Below are positions 1-10,648 of a stretch of DNA of 23,136 nt, in pieces. Each line of letters opens with the position of its first letter. Positions within the stretch are counted from its first letter, which is position 1. Where the stretch lies: contig NIVC01005184.1 of NCBI GenBank assembly GCA_002269645.1, forward strand, positions 1 through 23,136. The letters are read 5' to 3'. Source of the stretch: Macrostomum lignano (lineage: Eukaryota). The translations under genes and the position numbers were made by a program. The notes beneath the pieces were generated by a model, which did not search any database, had not been told where the DNA came from, and saw only the letters and a list, made by a program, of their open reading frames with translations.

Positions 1-3000
1 GTTATTGCAAAAAAGTTTATACATCGACCAATAATCGTACAAAAAAAATTATTTCGACAATTTCTGTAAGAAGCTGCTACTAAAACCACAAGAAAACTTG
101 AAATTGAGAAGAAATCAAGGCTATTTGTTATTCTTTGTTGCGGAAAATAAACGACAAAAATATTAAAGAGAAAATAAAATTTTCTTCTATTTTTATTTTA
201 AATATGCAGTTAAATTTCTTTTGGAAAAATAAAAGAACAAGAAATTGACAAAGGAAATGTTTTTGAGCACAGCATTTTGTTACTCTGCTCTAAATCCCAG
301 ACATTTAAAATTATCGTGTGCGAAAAAGTGCGAAATTATTATAGCATGCACTCGAAAGGACTTCGATCAGTTTAACTAATCACTGAATTAAGAAGTCTAA
401 ATAAGTCTTGAAAAGTTGAATTAAAAATCAAGTTTTCACTATGTATCTTTTCAAAGTCAAGATGATTCGACAAATAAAGAATGTTCATTTTTACGGTGAA
501 TAGAATTGTTCATTTTTACATTAAATATAATAAAATCTAACTAATAATAGAAAAAGTCAGGGAACTATCCTTGAACACCAAAAAGCACATTGTGGATTTA
601 ATATCAACTGCATGTTCCTTAATAAAGGAATTCGGATTCTAGTATATATTTGATTATTTGTAGCATAATTTCTGAAAACTATAACTTGCTTGATTTTACT
701 TTAAGTACTTATTACATTAATACTTATACCAAAGCTGCATGTACTTAAAAAAAAAATTATAGTTACTTATTAGACATTTTACTCCAATTAACTTAAAATA
801 ATTCAAATTTATTTTAATTAATTCATTTTTTTGAAACTTTTTGGAAAATAGACAAAATTGAATTATTTAATTACCAAAAACCTACTAGCTTAACTAAAAT
901 AGCAGTTAGTCTTTAAAAAAGATTTCACTTGTTAATTGAGAAAAATGAGGGTGTGCGAGGTGTAAAAATGCGAAAGAGCATGCAGGAAACAGAGAAAAAA
1001 AATGTAGGTAAAAGACACTGCACATGCACATAATATGATAACCAGACATAATGCGCACACTGAAACACCAGTAGCAATGACGCCCAAGCTTTTGATGATC
1101 ACAAGCGAAAAGGCAAAACCCAGCCATCAATCAAAGAAGTAGACTATAGCACGCATCTTGAGTGCATCACGCATTTTTTGCAGAGAAGCTCGAAAATTAA
1201 CATTGTATTCTGTGCACAACCACCAACTGCGACAGGGTCTGCCGGGGGATTTGTGGGCACGCGGTCGCGGATACAAATCGGAGGAGTCGCTGACCATTCT
1301 GAAATTACTAGCTAGTACATGTAATTTTGTGTATTAATATATTTAGCCCGCTTTATTTCTATGCTCTCGTCCGCCTCTCGTTAATGCATCCCCAGACTCA
1401 TGGAATAATCAAACTTATGATCGAACTATGCATGGCTTCCGTCCCTCGCTTTGAATCTCTCACCTCCCCATAGTTCCATCAACCTTACCGTAGTGGCTTC
1501 CTATGCAAAAATCATCCCTCCGCATCTTACACAGGCTACTTCAGGCTGTAGACTGTACTACACTATTAATTAGTTGCGCTAGGAATCTACATGTATTTTG
1601 CTCGCAGCGCAACGCGCTGCTCAAAGAAGTTTAGATCTATCTAGATATTCTAGTAATTTCAGGTTTGTCCATAGACTAGAGCTCATGAGATGAGAATTCC
1701 ATTAACTAGTACATTTAATATGAATGAACTGCGTGTGTGTGTGCTGTGCATACATATGTATAATATACGAGTAGTTTATGGGCCAAATTTTGTGTGGCAC
1801 AATTCTTGGCATCACTCAGCAGGCACAAGATGCAGTTAAGCAGCGCACGAAAATTCTACAAAAGAAATTGAGCCTGGTTGAGGTGATGCGAGGAGGCAGA
1901 TCCACACAATCTCAGTGAATACACCAGACTGCACCAGATACGAGTCCAGTCGAATGTGCGCACTGGTCTAAGCAGCACACGCATGTCCTTCTGACAATGA
2001 CGGCACCTAGCTTCGTCCAAGCCTTTGCCAGCGTCACTGACAGCGTCAATACTACCATGCAGTGCCACCTGCAGCACCGACAACGGCAATTCCTCCAGTT
2101 AGCCCACAACAGTGGCTAAACTGAGGGACATGGAACCTACCCGCAGAAGACACACACATACACACACAGCACCGGCAGCAGCACTCTGACAGCATAACCT
2201 AAAGCTCCATGAGCTCAGTTTTCAAGCATTGAAGAAGCAGAAGCAGTCATCTTGAATCCAGGGATCAGGAAGAGTGTTGCATGTCCGACATGTGCTGTTT
2301 CCGTGGCAAAAGGTGATGGAGCAAATTAATCAACACTTACTATCTAGCTCGTATTAAGACTAAAAAACTGAGGCAAGGTGGGATTAAACCAAAGAAAAGT
2401 TTTTACTATACTTTTTTTACCATGTACTTTTACTATACTTCTATAGTATAGTAGAGAGGTACTCTATTTAAATGCAGTAAGAAGTGAAACAAATTTATAT
2501 ATTTAATTATTAAAATTAAATTAATTCAAGGTAAATAACTAATTTAACCAATTTATTAGAAGTATTTAATATTTTAATAAATTGATTTTTATACCTTACA
2601 CGAAATAAGCTCTACATTCATTTCTTAGCTTGGGGCCCATCTGTATAAGGTCAGTTTCTTCAAAATGCTGATTAATTAATTAAGGCCTGTTGTCTTTACT
2701 TAAATTTATAAGGGCATCTTAGAAGTTAATATTACTATATAATACATGTATAATATTATTACTATATTATAATAATATAGTTGCAATTTTAATGACTATT
2801 GAATAAGTCTAAATGCTTCCCCTATTGACTCTAAATATATGGTATCTTTACCTTCAGAAAAAATTAGCATAGAATGACTTGATGAAAACAAAAAAAATCA
2901 TTTCGAGATACACATTTGCTGATCATTCAGGTCAAATTTCAAGGTCCAGTTTTGCACATGTTTCTCTGTAGCTTGGTTACAAGGATTTTAATAAAAATAT

Positions 3001-3829
3001 AATAAATATGTCCAATGTACTAACTGATACATAGCCAAATTGAAGTATTTTCAAAAACAAAAAAAATCATTTGCTCAGTTTACTTTACTGGATATCTGTG
3101 TAAAATTTCAGCTCAAAAGGTGCTCCATGGAGAATGCTAGTGTGGTTACAGGATATTTATTTTGTGCTTCAAAGTAGGAGTTTATTGCGATGCATGGTTG
3201 CTTTTAATTATTTTTATCAACAATAGTGCTCTATTTCATAACAATTTTTTACAAAAAGATAAAAAGACATGTTTTTCTAATTATCTGCATCAAAATGTAT
3301 CATTTTAAGCGCACATTCTAGACGTCAGCTGAAAAAATACATTTTGTGAGACGCAAAGAGGCTATCCCACCGGAAATGCTAGGCGTACAGTTAAGCGTCT
3401 ATAAAATCATTTATAGTGCAGTTTATTGAGCTTTAACAAAATCTTAAATTAAATTTATATAAGCTTTAATTTTAAATGTAATATAGCAAGGTTTCACACA
3501 ACAACAACTTTTTTTTAGCTACAGACATCTTGTAGTACCATAAAATTAACATCGGAAATGATTGAATTTGAATTTTTTCATCGCTAATTATCGCTTAATA
3601 CCACCAGATGATTAAAAAACACTTTTGCATGATAAAGTTTAACCCAAAATTATCTTTATTCACAGATAAAAGTGTCCTATTATTTTCAATATGGCAGTAA
3701 CAATAGTAAATGTTCGGAAAATTGTTAAAATTTTTGCTCCTCCAGAATTTGCGAACGACCCAAGATCGGTTTAGTAAAAAATAGTTGCTGAGCTGCAATT
3801 CTCGGCAAAATAACTACTATTGCTTTATA

Positions 3830-6800
3830 ATGGAAGGAAAGAGTATTGAAGATTTGATTCTTGAGCGATATGCTAATGAACTGAGTGCTGATCATTCCAT
3901 GTCAAAAAGAGTGGAACGCTCTCCATACCAGCTTCCTCTCGGTCACTCAAATATTTTATCTTCGTACAAAACTCAACAAGGGTCGTGCAGCTCGATTAGA
4001 AGCCACAGAACGCGCTCAACAAAACCTGTCAGTGAAAGGTCGCGGTCAACAGATATTGGAAGAGCACCACCGCACACTCCAACAAAGGAATCGGAGGCAA
4101 GTTTGAGACAAGCTCCTATACCTGCTAATAGGCGAAACAGTGGTTCCAGCGGACATTTTATGGCTAAAGGCTTAGAAAAAGACGAACTTGACTTGACTCC
4201 GCTACAAAATAGCCAAGATTTAAACTCCACGAAAGACGAATCTGCTCGTCATAGTCGTCTATCCACAGGTCGAAAAAAGACAAAGACAAGAGCTAGTTAT
4301 CTACTGAAGCCAGCAGTTTACGTCGTTAATGCATTCAAGAATGGAGACACTTCCACAAGCCACAGAGTTTCTGCGCCAAACTTTGAGAGGCTGCTTGAGG
4401 AGTGTACACAGCGTCTGCATTTACCATCTTCTGCAAGAAAGCTGTTTCTGTCTTCAGGAGCAGAAGTAACTAAAGACAGCATTTTGCCTAGAGGAATCGA
4501 TGTATTCGCATCTATGGGAGAGCCTTTTAAGGATCCATTAAAGATGTTTGAAAAGAAGCTCAGTATAAAGGCCGATATGCAGTGGACTCTCACTGGTCTA
4601 AATCTTCCAAGTGGTCGCGAGAAGGAGACAACAAAGCCGTTGATTGGTTCTACAAGATTGGAGGGAAACCGAGCAGCAAAGAGACGAATTCTAGCCTTTC
4701 CGAACGGTAAGGGCATTAAGGGCGTGGAGGTAATGGCTGATATGACCAACATGGAAGATTTCTTGCAGAGCTGCACTTTCAAACTTAAGTCCGGCCAGCC
4801 GTTCCGTCGTGTACTTCTCCTAGACGGCCAAGAAGTTACCAACTTGCACACTGTGCCAATGCTTCATCATTTCTTTAACTCATCCAGTGCACCACTTTTA
4901 GGCCCCGTGTGGCTCAGTAAGGGAGAAAATATCAGTCCAATGGGAGTAGAGGAGTACCTAAGAGATTCGATCGAATTTGTTGCAAGGCTAAAGTCGCAGT
5001 GCAACAAATACTTGGCACAGTTGAATGCTGCCTACTATTGTGACGACAGATCAAGTCTCGCCGGAGATCCCCAACTGACAGACAAGCGAATTCTGTCATT
5101 ATCAAAAAAGGAGTTAGAGCAGAAGATCGCCAAGGAAACTGAGAATCATGATGAATATGTTGCTTTCCTGACTGAGTTCAAAGCCAAAGTAAGAGCCGTC
5201 GAGCCCAAAGCGAGATCTGAGCTTGAGGAAGGCAGTCAGTTCACAATGAAACACATATCTGCGTTGCCTGAGAACCACAGGCTCGTCTCCGATAGACGTG
5301 GCATCCGACTAAAAGTCCACAACAACGGACGAGACTCCGATCCAGTCACTGTGTATTTCAACATGCGCGAGGCATCCAGAGGCCTTGGTAAAGACAGGGA
5401 CGGGACGCGAATAGTCTTCCAGCGTTTCCTGGACAGCTTGTCAGCTAATCCACAGTTGGCTGGCCAGAGCAGCAAGTCCAAAGGTACCCTCGTTCAGCGC
5501 ATCTTTACTAAGTCCGGTCAGGAGGTAACCGACGCTCTCACGCTGCAATACGATGATGAGATTTGGATCTCGCACGGTGAAAACTGGATTGACCCGTTCA
5601 CTTACTGCCTGCAGGCCGAGGTCAGCAGAATAACGGCGTGGAAAAAGGGGGCCGCCCGCTTTGCGGTCCGATCGGACATTCCGCACATTGACGACTCTCT
5701 GGAACGACCCTCGGCCTGGGATGCTCAATGGCAGCTTCCAGACGACGTCGAACAACTGACGCTTGAAGAAGATGAAGAAGAAGAAGCGGAGGAAGAATAT
5801 GTCTGCGACTTTGAAGATGAAGATGGCGAAGAGATTGCTGCGGCTGCACCTGGTGCAACAAAAGAACCCATCAAGCCTCCCGAAGGTTCAGTGCCGATAG
5901 AGAGCTGCTTCCTGCAGCATAGCCGAAATCGGAAACTGTGTCTCTTTGTCGAGCCCGTTGTCGGCGTCATGAAAGTGCCTCACGAGTCGGCGATAGCCAA
6001 GAGCGATGACCATCAACAGACTCGCCCTGTGCTGCCAGTCTGGCCAAAGGCAGGTATTGCGCAGTCGTGGGTCATTCACAAGTCAGGTCAAATATCTGTT
6101 AAAGGATTTCCCGGCCTTGCTCTTGCCGTCACTGACTACGAGATTGAAACTGACCTAAATGGAGTTCGAATTCGAGGCAGCTTAGTGCAGTTCTGTCCGT
6201 TCGAACGCGACGAGTTTCAGGTGCGCGCGTCGCAGCGGTGGATTTTCCACACAGACGGGCTCGTCTATTCCAAACAGTTTCCCGAGCTGGCGCTAACCTA
6301 TCTGGGTGGATCGATTGACGAGTTGAGCTCGTGTCCGAAGAATGAGCTCGATCGCGATTCTGGACATCGAAATCTTCTGGCAGTCTGTGAGCACCTGGAA
6401 TCTCGCCTAGCCAAGTACCAGCGATTCGGTATTCGACTGCAAAAGCTTGGCAACCTGAGCCAGCTGAGAAAGGCGGCGAGGTACAGGGACCCAGCCTGGA
6501 GCAAGTTGGCCATCGTGTGGCCTACCGATCAGCGGGGCCACTGGATCGAAGATTACGACTGGCCAATCGAAGGTCAAATTCTGACATTCGCGCCGCCATT
6601 AAAATACAAGCCTGAAGCGGAGCAGCGGAAACGATTGTTTTGCCTGAAGAACGGCGAGCGGAAGGAGGAAGTCGGGGTTTTCATAACTGCACCCGATCTC
6701 ACAAATATGAAAAAGGATCGCCAGCTGCTGAAGCGTCAGACAACAAAGACAAGACGAATCCGACATTCGTCTTTACTCAGCGACGCGGCCTCAACGGTGA

Positions 6801-7294
6801 CGGCTGACGAATTTCAGCCTGGCGAAACCGAGCAGAAAGTGAGTGAAGTGCAATTTCAAATCTTTCTGGAGTCCTGCACTACGAAGCTCGGACTGAACGC
6901 TGAGGCCAAAAGACTTTTCGACCGGAACGGGTTTGAGCACAAGTCCCTGAAGCAGCTGGAGAGCGATCAAGTAGTGTACATCTCGACCGGCGAGGATTGG
7001 ATTGATCCGAAGTTTACAAAGTCGCAGCTGGAAGCACGATCGCTACTTTCTAAGCTATCCGATGATGTCGACAAGATAAGGTGCTTTGTTGCCCTAAGAA
7101 AAAGCACTCAAAATTTGGCTCTAAGCACCGAGAGCTTGACCCCTAGTGCTCGAATCTGTGTCGTAAAGGACGCTTCTGTCGCTTCTGTCGACGACTCAAA
7201 CTATGCTGCTGCCGGCAGATTGGGTAACGGAGTTCGTGACAGCGAAGACGGCAAGCTCAACAAGCTCCGCTGGCCATGGGAAAGGATAGTTAGC
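3830..7294 (+). CDS. DCDC1: DCDC1/DCDC5-like doublecortin-domain protein, N-terminal part (DCX repeats 1-4 and a ricin-B-like region); first part of a giant exon, up to the frameshift
   Basis: Open frame 3785-7357 with ATG at 3830 in good context (ataATGG). DCX-like repeats with the pattern (V/I)xxxxNG...LxxCTxxLxL...xxGxxx...V(W/Y)xSxGExxxxP start at ~4313 (VYVVNAFKNG), ~4679 (KRRILAFPNG), ~5303 (IRLKVHNNG) and ~6626 (RKRLFCLKNG). QxW-type repeats at ~5900-6310 (QSWVIHKSGQI, QRWIFHTDGLVYSK). Motifs LLGPVWLSKGE, WSKLAIVWP and YDWPIEG match vertebrate DCDC1 as I recall it. Confidence 0.9.
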
Positions 7295-9497
7295 CCGAGT
7301 TTGATGATGGCGCTCCCAGGCGTCGCCGCTTCGGCAGTCGAGATGGCGATGCGCTGAAGCAGTTCGGCTACGAAGACGGCTACATCTATTCATTGGAGGA
7401 CTGCGGCCTCGTGCTGACGGCGGTCGACACTGGCGTCAAAAGCGGCCTGGAAGTTACCCTGCAGCGCCGGCGACCGGACAATGTCTATCAGCGTTGGCAG
7501 CTCAGCCCCAGCGGCTTCATCGTTTTAAAATACCAATCAGGCAGCGCGCTGACGTTGCAGCTGCCTAAAGTGTCCGCCTCCCAACCTGTGGACACCGAGG
7601 CCGCCGTATTGACTGTGCAACCGCAGGTTCCAAATCAGTTTGGTCGCGCGCATCAACTGTTTGCAGTCGATGAAGCCAGCAGTACAGTCAGATGCTTTGC
7701 CTCCAACCCATTAGACATTGCAGTTACTGTTGCTATTCACTGCGGCTGCTGTACAAGCAGTGTAGTGCTGCCGAAGGACTACGCAATTGATCAGCCAGGC
7801 TACACTGTGTACTTGCCTGTAGAACACCGATTGCAGAATTCGCGACGCGACGAAGCGCGGATGAAGTGCTGCGAGGTGTGCGCCGGCTGCGCCAAGTCGC
7901 TTCGTGGCCGCTACAAGCTGCAGAGGATCGGTGCGGCAGCGCGCGGCGCCGATTTTGCGTGCGCTTTCGCTCAGGCTGGCGCGCTCGGCCTGAAAGAGAC
8001 CGGCGCTTATCGCCTACTCGGCGGAAAGCTCGATCTCACAGAGGGTGAAGATGTAGCAACTCTGAGGCGATGGGAAAGCGAGCTGGAAGAGAGACGGCAA
8101 AACCTTTCACTGAAGGCGATCAACGAGCGACTGTCCGAGGCGCGAACTCCCCGCCCTATTCGAGTGCTGGCCTACCGCAACGGCGAGGGGCGCCAGCGGC
8201 CGCCAGTTCTTGCCACAGGTTCAAGCATTGCCGGCCTGATGGACCAGTGCACACTCAAGCTGAACACGGAAGAGCCAGTGCTGCGGCTGTTCCTTGAAGA
8301 CGGCACGGAGGTGCTTGAGATTGCTGAACTCCGTCGCTGGCGAAGCGCCAATGCTAAGCTGGTGCGCAGACGTCAGCGGGAGGTGGCGCGTCAGCGTGGC
8401 GCAGCTCCCAAGACTGAAGCCAGCAATGACGAGGACGATTCTCAAAGCGATGACGAGAATCAGACTCAACAAGCCAAGGAGGACGACCTCGAGCCGAGGT
8501 TGACGTCCAAATATTTCATAATCGGCTCAAAATTCGCGGCTCCCTCGGCTTACAACCTGGGCATCAGCCTGTACTCAATGAGCTTCTTGGATGAGATTCT
8601 GCCCGAGTCTGAGCAAACTGATGAAGCCAGACAGTTAGCGGTTAGGTACAGCATATTCGGCCAGACCCTCTGCACCGATCCATTTTCTAACGAGGAGACG
8701 TTCGAGGGAGAGAAGCGCGAGATCCTGGTCAAATCCGAGCTCCAGATTCTGCGCCGCTACTTCGGCGAGAAGTTTCGCCTGCTGAAACTGGACCTGATCG
8801 AGCTGACGCCGGAGGAGGAGTCTGTGCTGGCCACCTGCTACGTGCCGCTCGACAGTCTGATCCGCGAGGAGCACGAAGAGTTCATCAACTCAACCAAGAT
8901 GGCTGCTGACTATGCCTGGTACAGGAAGTCTGCCAGGAAGCCAAATGGCGAGAGAACTCACGCCTCGATGCACGTGGAGGTCAGCATCACCGTCTCGATT
9001 GACGTCGATGTCGACGACGACGACGATGAAGAAGAAGACGGAAAAAACGAAGACAAAGAGCAGCCGAGCAGCAAGAAGGATGAGGCCTCTGTTGAGGATG
9101 AAGACACCATCGTCGAGGTCTGGGCTTCCATCGGTGAAGATTTCGTGCACCCAAAGAAGGCGCCGCCCAGACGGTCGGGCGATGACGCAGCGGCCGCGGC
9201 CGCAGCAGTCGCCAACGCCACCGTCGGCCACGTCAGCCCGGAGCCGCGACTCGTGCGCCTTCGCGTCTACCCGAATGGTGAAAATCCAACGTCATCGGCG
9301 GTGACCATCTGGGCCGAGTCGGTGCCGCAGGCGCTTGAGAATGCCACCGCCAGGTTGGGGCTCCGCCGTCCCGGTCGGGTTCTCTACGATTCTGAAGGCC
9401 GCGAGCTGCACGACCCGCTGACAGAGCTGTCCTCTTCGAAGCTGCTGTGCTGCGTGTCTTCCGGCGAGCCCTTCCAGCCGCCGCCTTCGTCTAAGCG
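7294..9497 (+). CDS. DCDC1: DCDC1-like protein, second part of the giant exon (ricin-B-like repeats, Cys cluster, split DCX5 with C2-like insert, DCX6)
   Basis: Frame open from 7294 (after TAG 7291-7293): PEFDDG...KQFGYEDGYIYS...SGLEVTL...YQRWQL...IDQPGY...CCEVCAGC...IRVLAYRNG...IVEVWASIGEDF...RLRVYPNG...CVSSGEPFQPP. Ends at the predicted donor AAGCG|GTGGGT (9497/9498, phase 2). Confidence 0.85.
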
Positions 9498-9833
9498 GTG
9501 GGTTACAGAACTTGTTCGCTGTAAAATTACCACTTTACAGGCTAGCCTTTTAATGTAATCTCAGTTGGTCCCTGTAAGCTTTGGGCACTGCTATATGTAC
9601 GCACGCACAGACTCAGATAGGCACTTCTATCCACGTGACATTTTCTAATGTTAAGTCGATGGCCTGTAATTGGAGCAATAGCCTTGGAACACTTGCCCAT
9701 CTGAGCAATGGGCATATTGAGTTGATACTGCTCTGACGTCTAATATTGTAGGACAAATAGTCGTCCGACTGAGAGCCCATGAGAGCCAAAGTCAAGGCCG
9801 CTGTACACCCCCAGCTTACCCGCCAAATTTCAG
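9498..9833 (+). other. Predicted GT-AG intron (336 nt) in DCDC1-like gene
   Basis: Donor G|GTGGGT at 9498 and acceptor TTTCAG| at 9833. Of the nearby acceptors I checked, this is the only one that joins the phase-2 donor in frame (KR|PTSHH...) to the last DCX repeat. Composition drops to AT-richer sequence with stop codons inside. Confidence 0.65.
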
Positions 9834-10203
9834 CCCGACATCGCACCATTCTGCGCAGCCTCCGCCGCCGCCGCCAACATTCGACACGAAGCGTGTCCTT
9901 GTGAGCGCCAGGCGCGGCGACACCGGCGCCGTGACCGTCTGGGGCGACTCGCTGGAGGCGCTGCTGAAGGCGGCCACCCAGCGGCTGCGACTGCGCACGC
10001 CAGCGGTCAGTTTTTATCGCGCCGACGACGGCAGCAGGGTGGAGAGTTTTGCGGAAATCTCGCGCGACGAGCGCCTGCTGATCTCGGCGCCGTCCTCCTC
10101 CGTTGCGACTGTTGCTGGCGCTGCGGCCAAGGGGAACTCTCCAGCGCCTGGTGCTGCTTCAGTCACCAATACTACGCGTACTACTTTAGGTAGTGTCTGG
10201 TAG
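9834..10203 (+). CDS. DCDC1: DCDC1-like protein, predicted last coding exon (DCX7 and low-complexity tail)
   Basis: PPPPPPTFDTKRVLVSARRGD...VTVWGDSLEALLKAATQRLRLRTPA..FY..DG..VESFAEISRDERLLIS resembles the terminal DCX repeat of DCDC1. Stop TAG at 10201-10203. A possible donor G|GTAGTG at 10189/10190 could instead extend the gene. Confidence 0.75.
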
Positions 10204-10298
10204 CAGAAATTTGGCAAATGAATTTTATTGCATAAATTGCAATTGTTTTACTTATACCCTGAACTGAACTGTTGAATTAGATGGTTATTGCGCATCTA

Positions 10299-10648
10299 TA
10301 ATAATAATTTAATAACTGATTACACCTGCACTAATGGCCAGATGTGCAACCGACAGCTCAGCCGAGGTTATTGCGCGGCGCACTGCGCGGCTGCGTACGG
10401 CTGTTCAGTCCAAGGACTGGGGGGGGGGGTCGCCACACACACCCTAAATTACCCCAGCTAATGCTGGCACCCATTTTACAGCTGGGTGAACTGAAGCAAT
10501 GCAGAGTTAAATGCAGAGTTAATGCAGAGTTAAAAAAGCTCAAAGACACAAATTGTTCCAAGTGAGTTTAGGTGGAGAAAGGTGGAGAATCGAACCCCCG
10601 ACCTTTCAGTAGTCGTGAGTATAGGGTACGACCCCCCTACAGCTACAT
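10299..10648 (-). mobile_element. tRNA-derived SINE (~350 bp) with 8-bp target-site duplication CGCATCTA
   Basis: The minus strand begins ATGTAGCTGTAGGGGGG (A-box-like, 10634-10645) ... GAAAGGTCGGGGGTTCGATTCTCC (B box, 10586-10596). Central motif CACCCAGCTGTAAAATGGGTGCCAG (10464-10488). (TTA)-rich tail at 10299-10315. Identical CGCATCTA at 10291-10298 and 10649-10656. Confidence 0.8.

Noticed and set aside
1856-2109. GC-richer patch with overlapping minus-strand ORFs
   Set aside because: No recognisable homology and no consistent splice sites.
2885-3072. 19-bp direct repeat AAAACAAAAAAAATCATTT spaced 169 bp apart
   Set aside because: Low-complexity A-rich match; not enough to define an element or TSD.
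7278-7293. GGGAAAG as a programmed -1 slippery site, or a 5-nt GTTAG micro-intron, explaining the frameshift
   Set aside because: The heptamer is out of phase with the zero frame and lies upstream of the -1 frame TAG at 7291. A 5-nt intron is below any spliceosomal minimum.
3885-10217. Many short alternative-frame and antisense ORFs over DCDC1 (e.g. 4318-4851, 5441-5755, 8890-9231, 8912-9304)
   Set aside because: Shadow ORFs of a GC-rich coding region, with no recognisable motifs.
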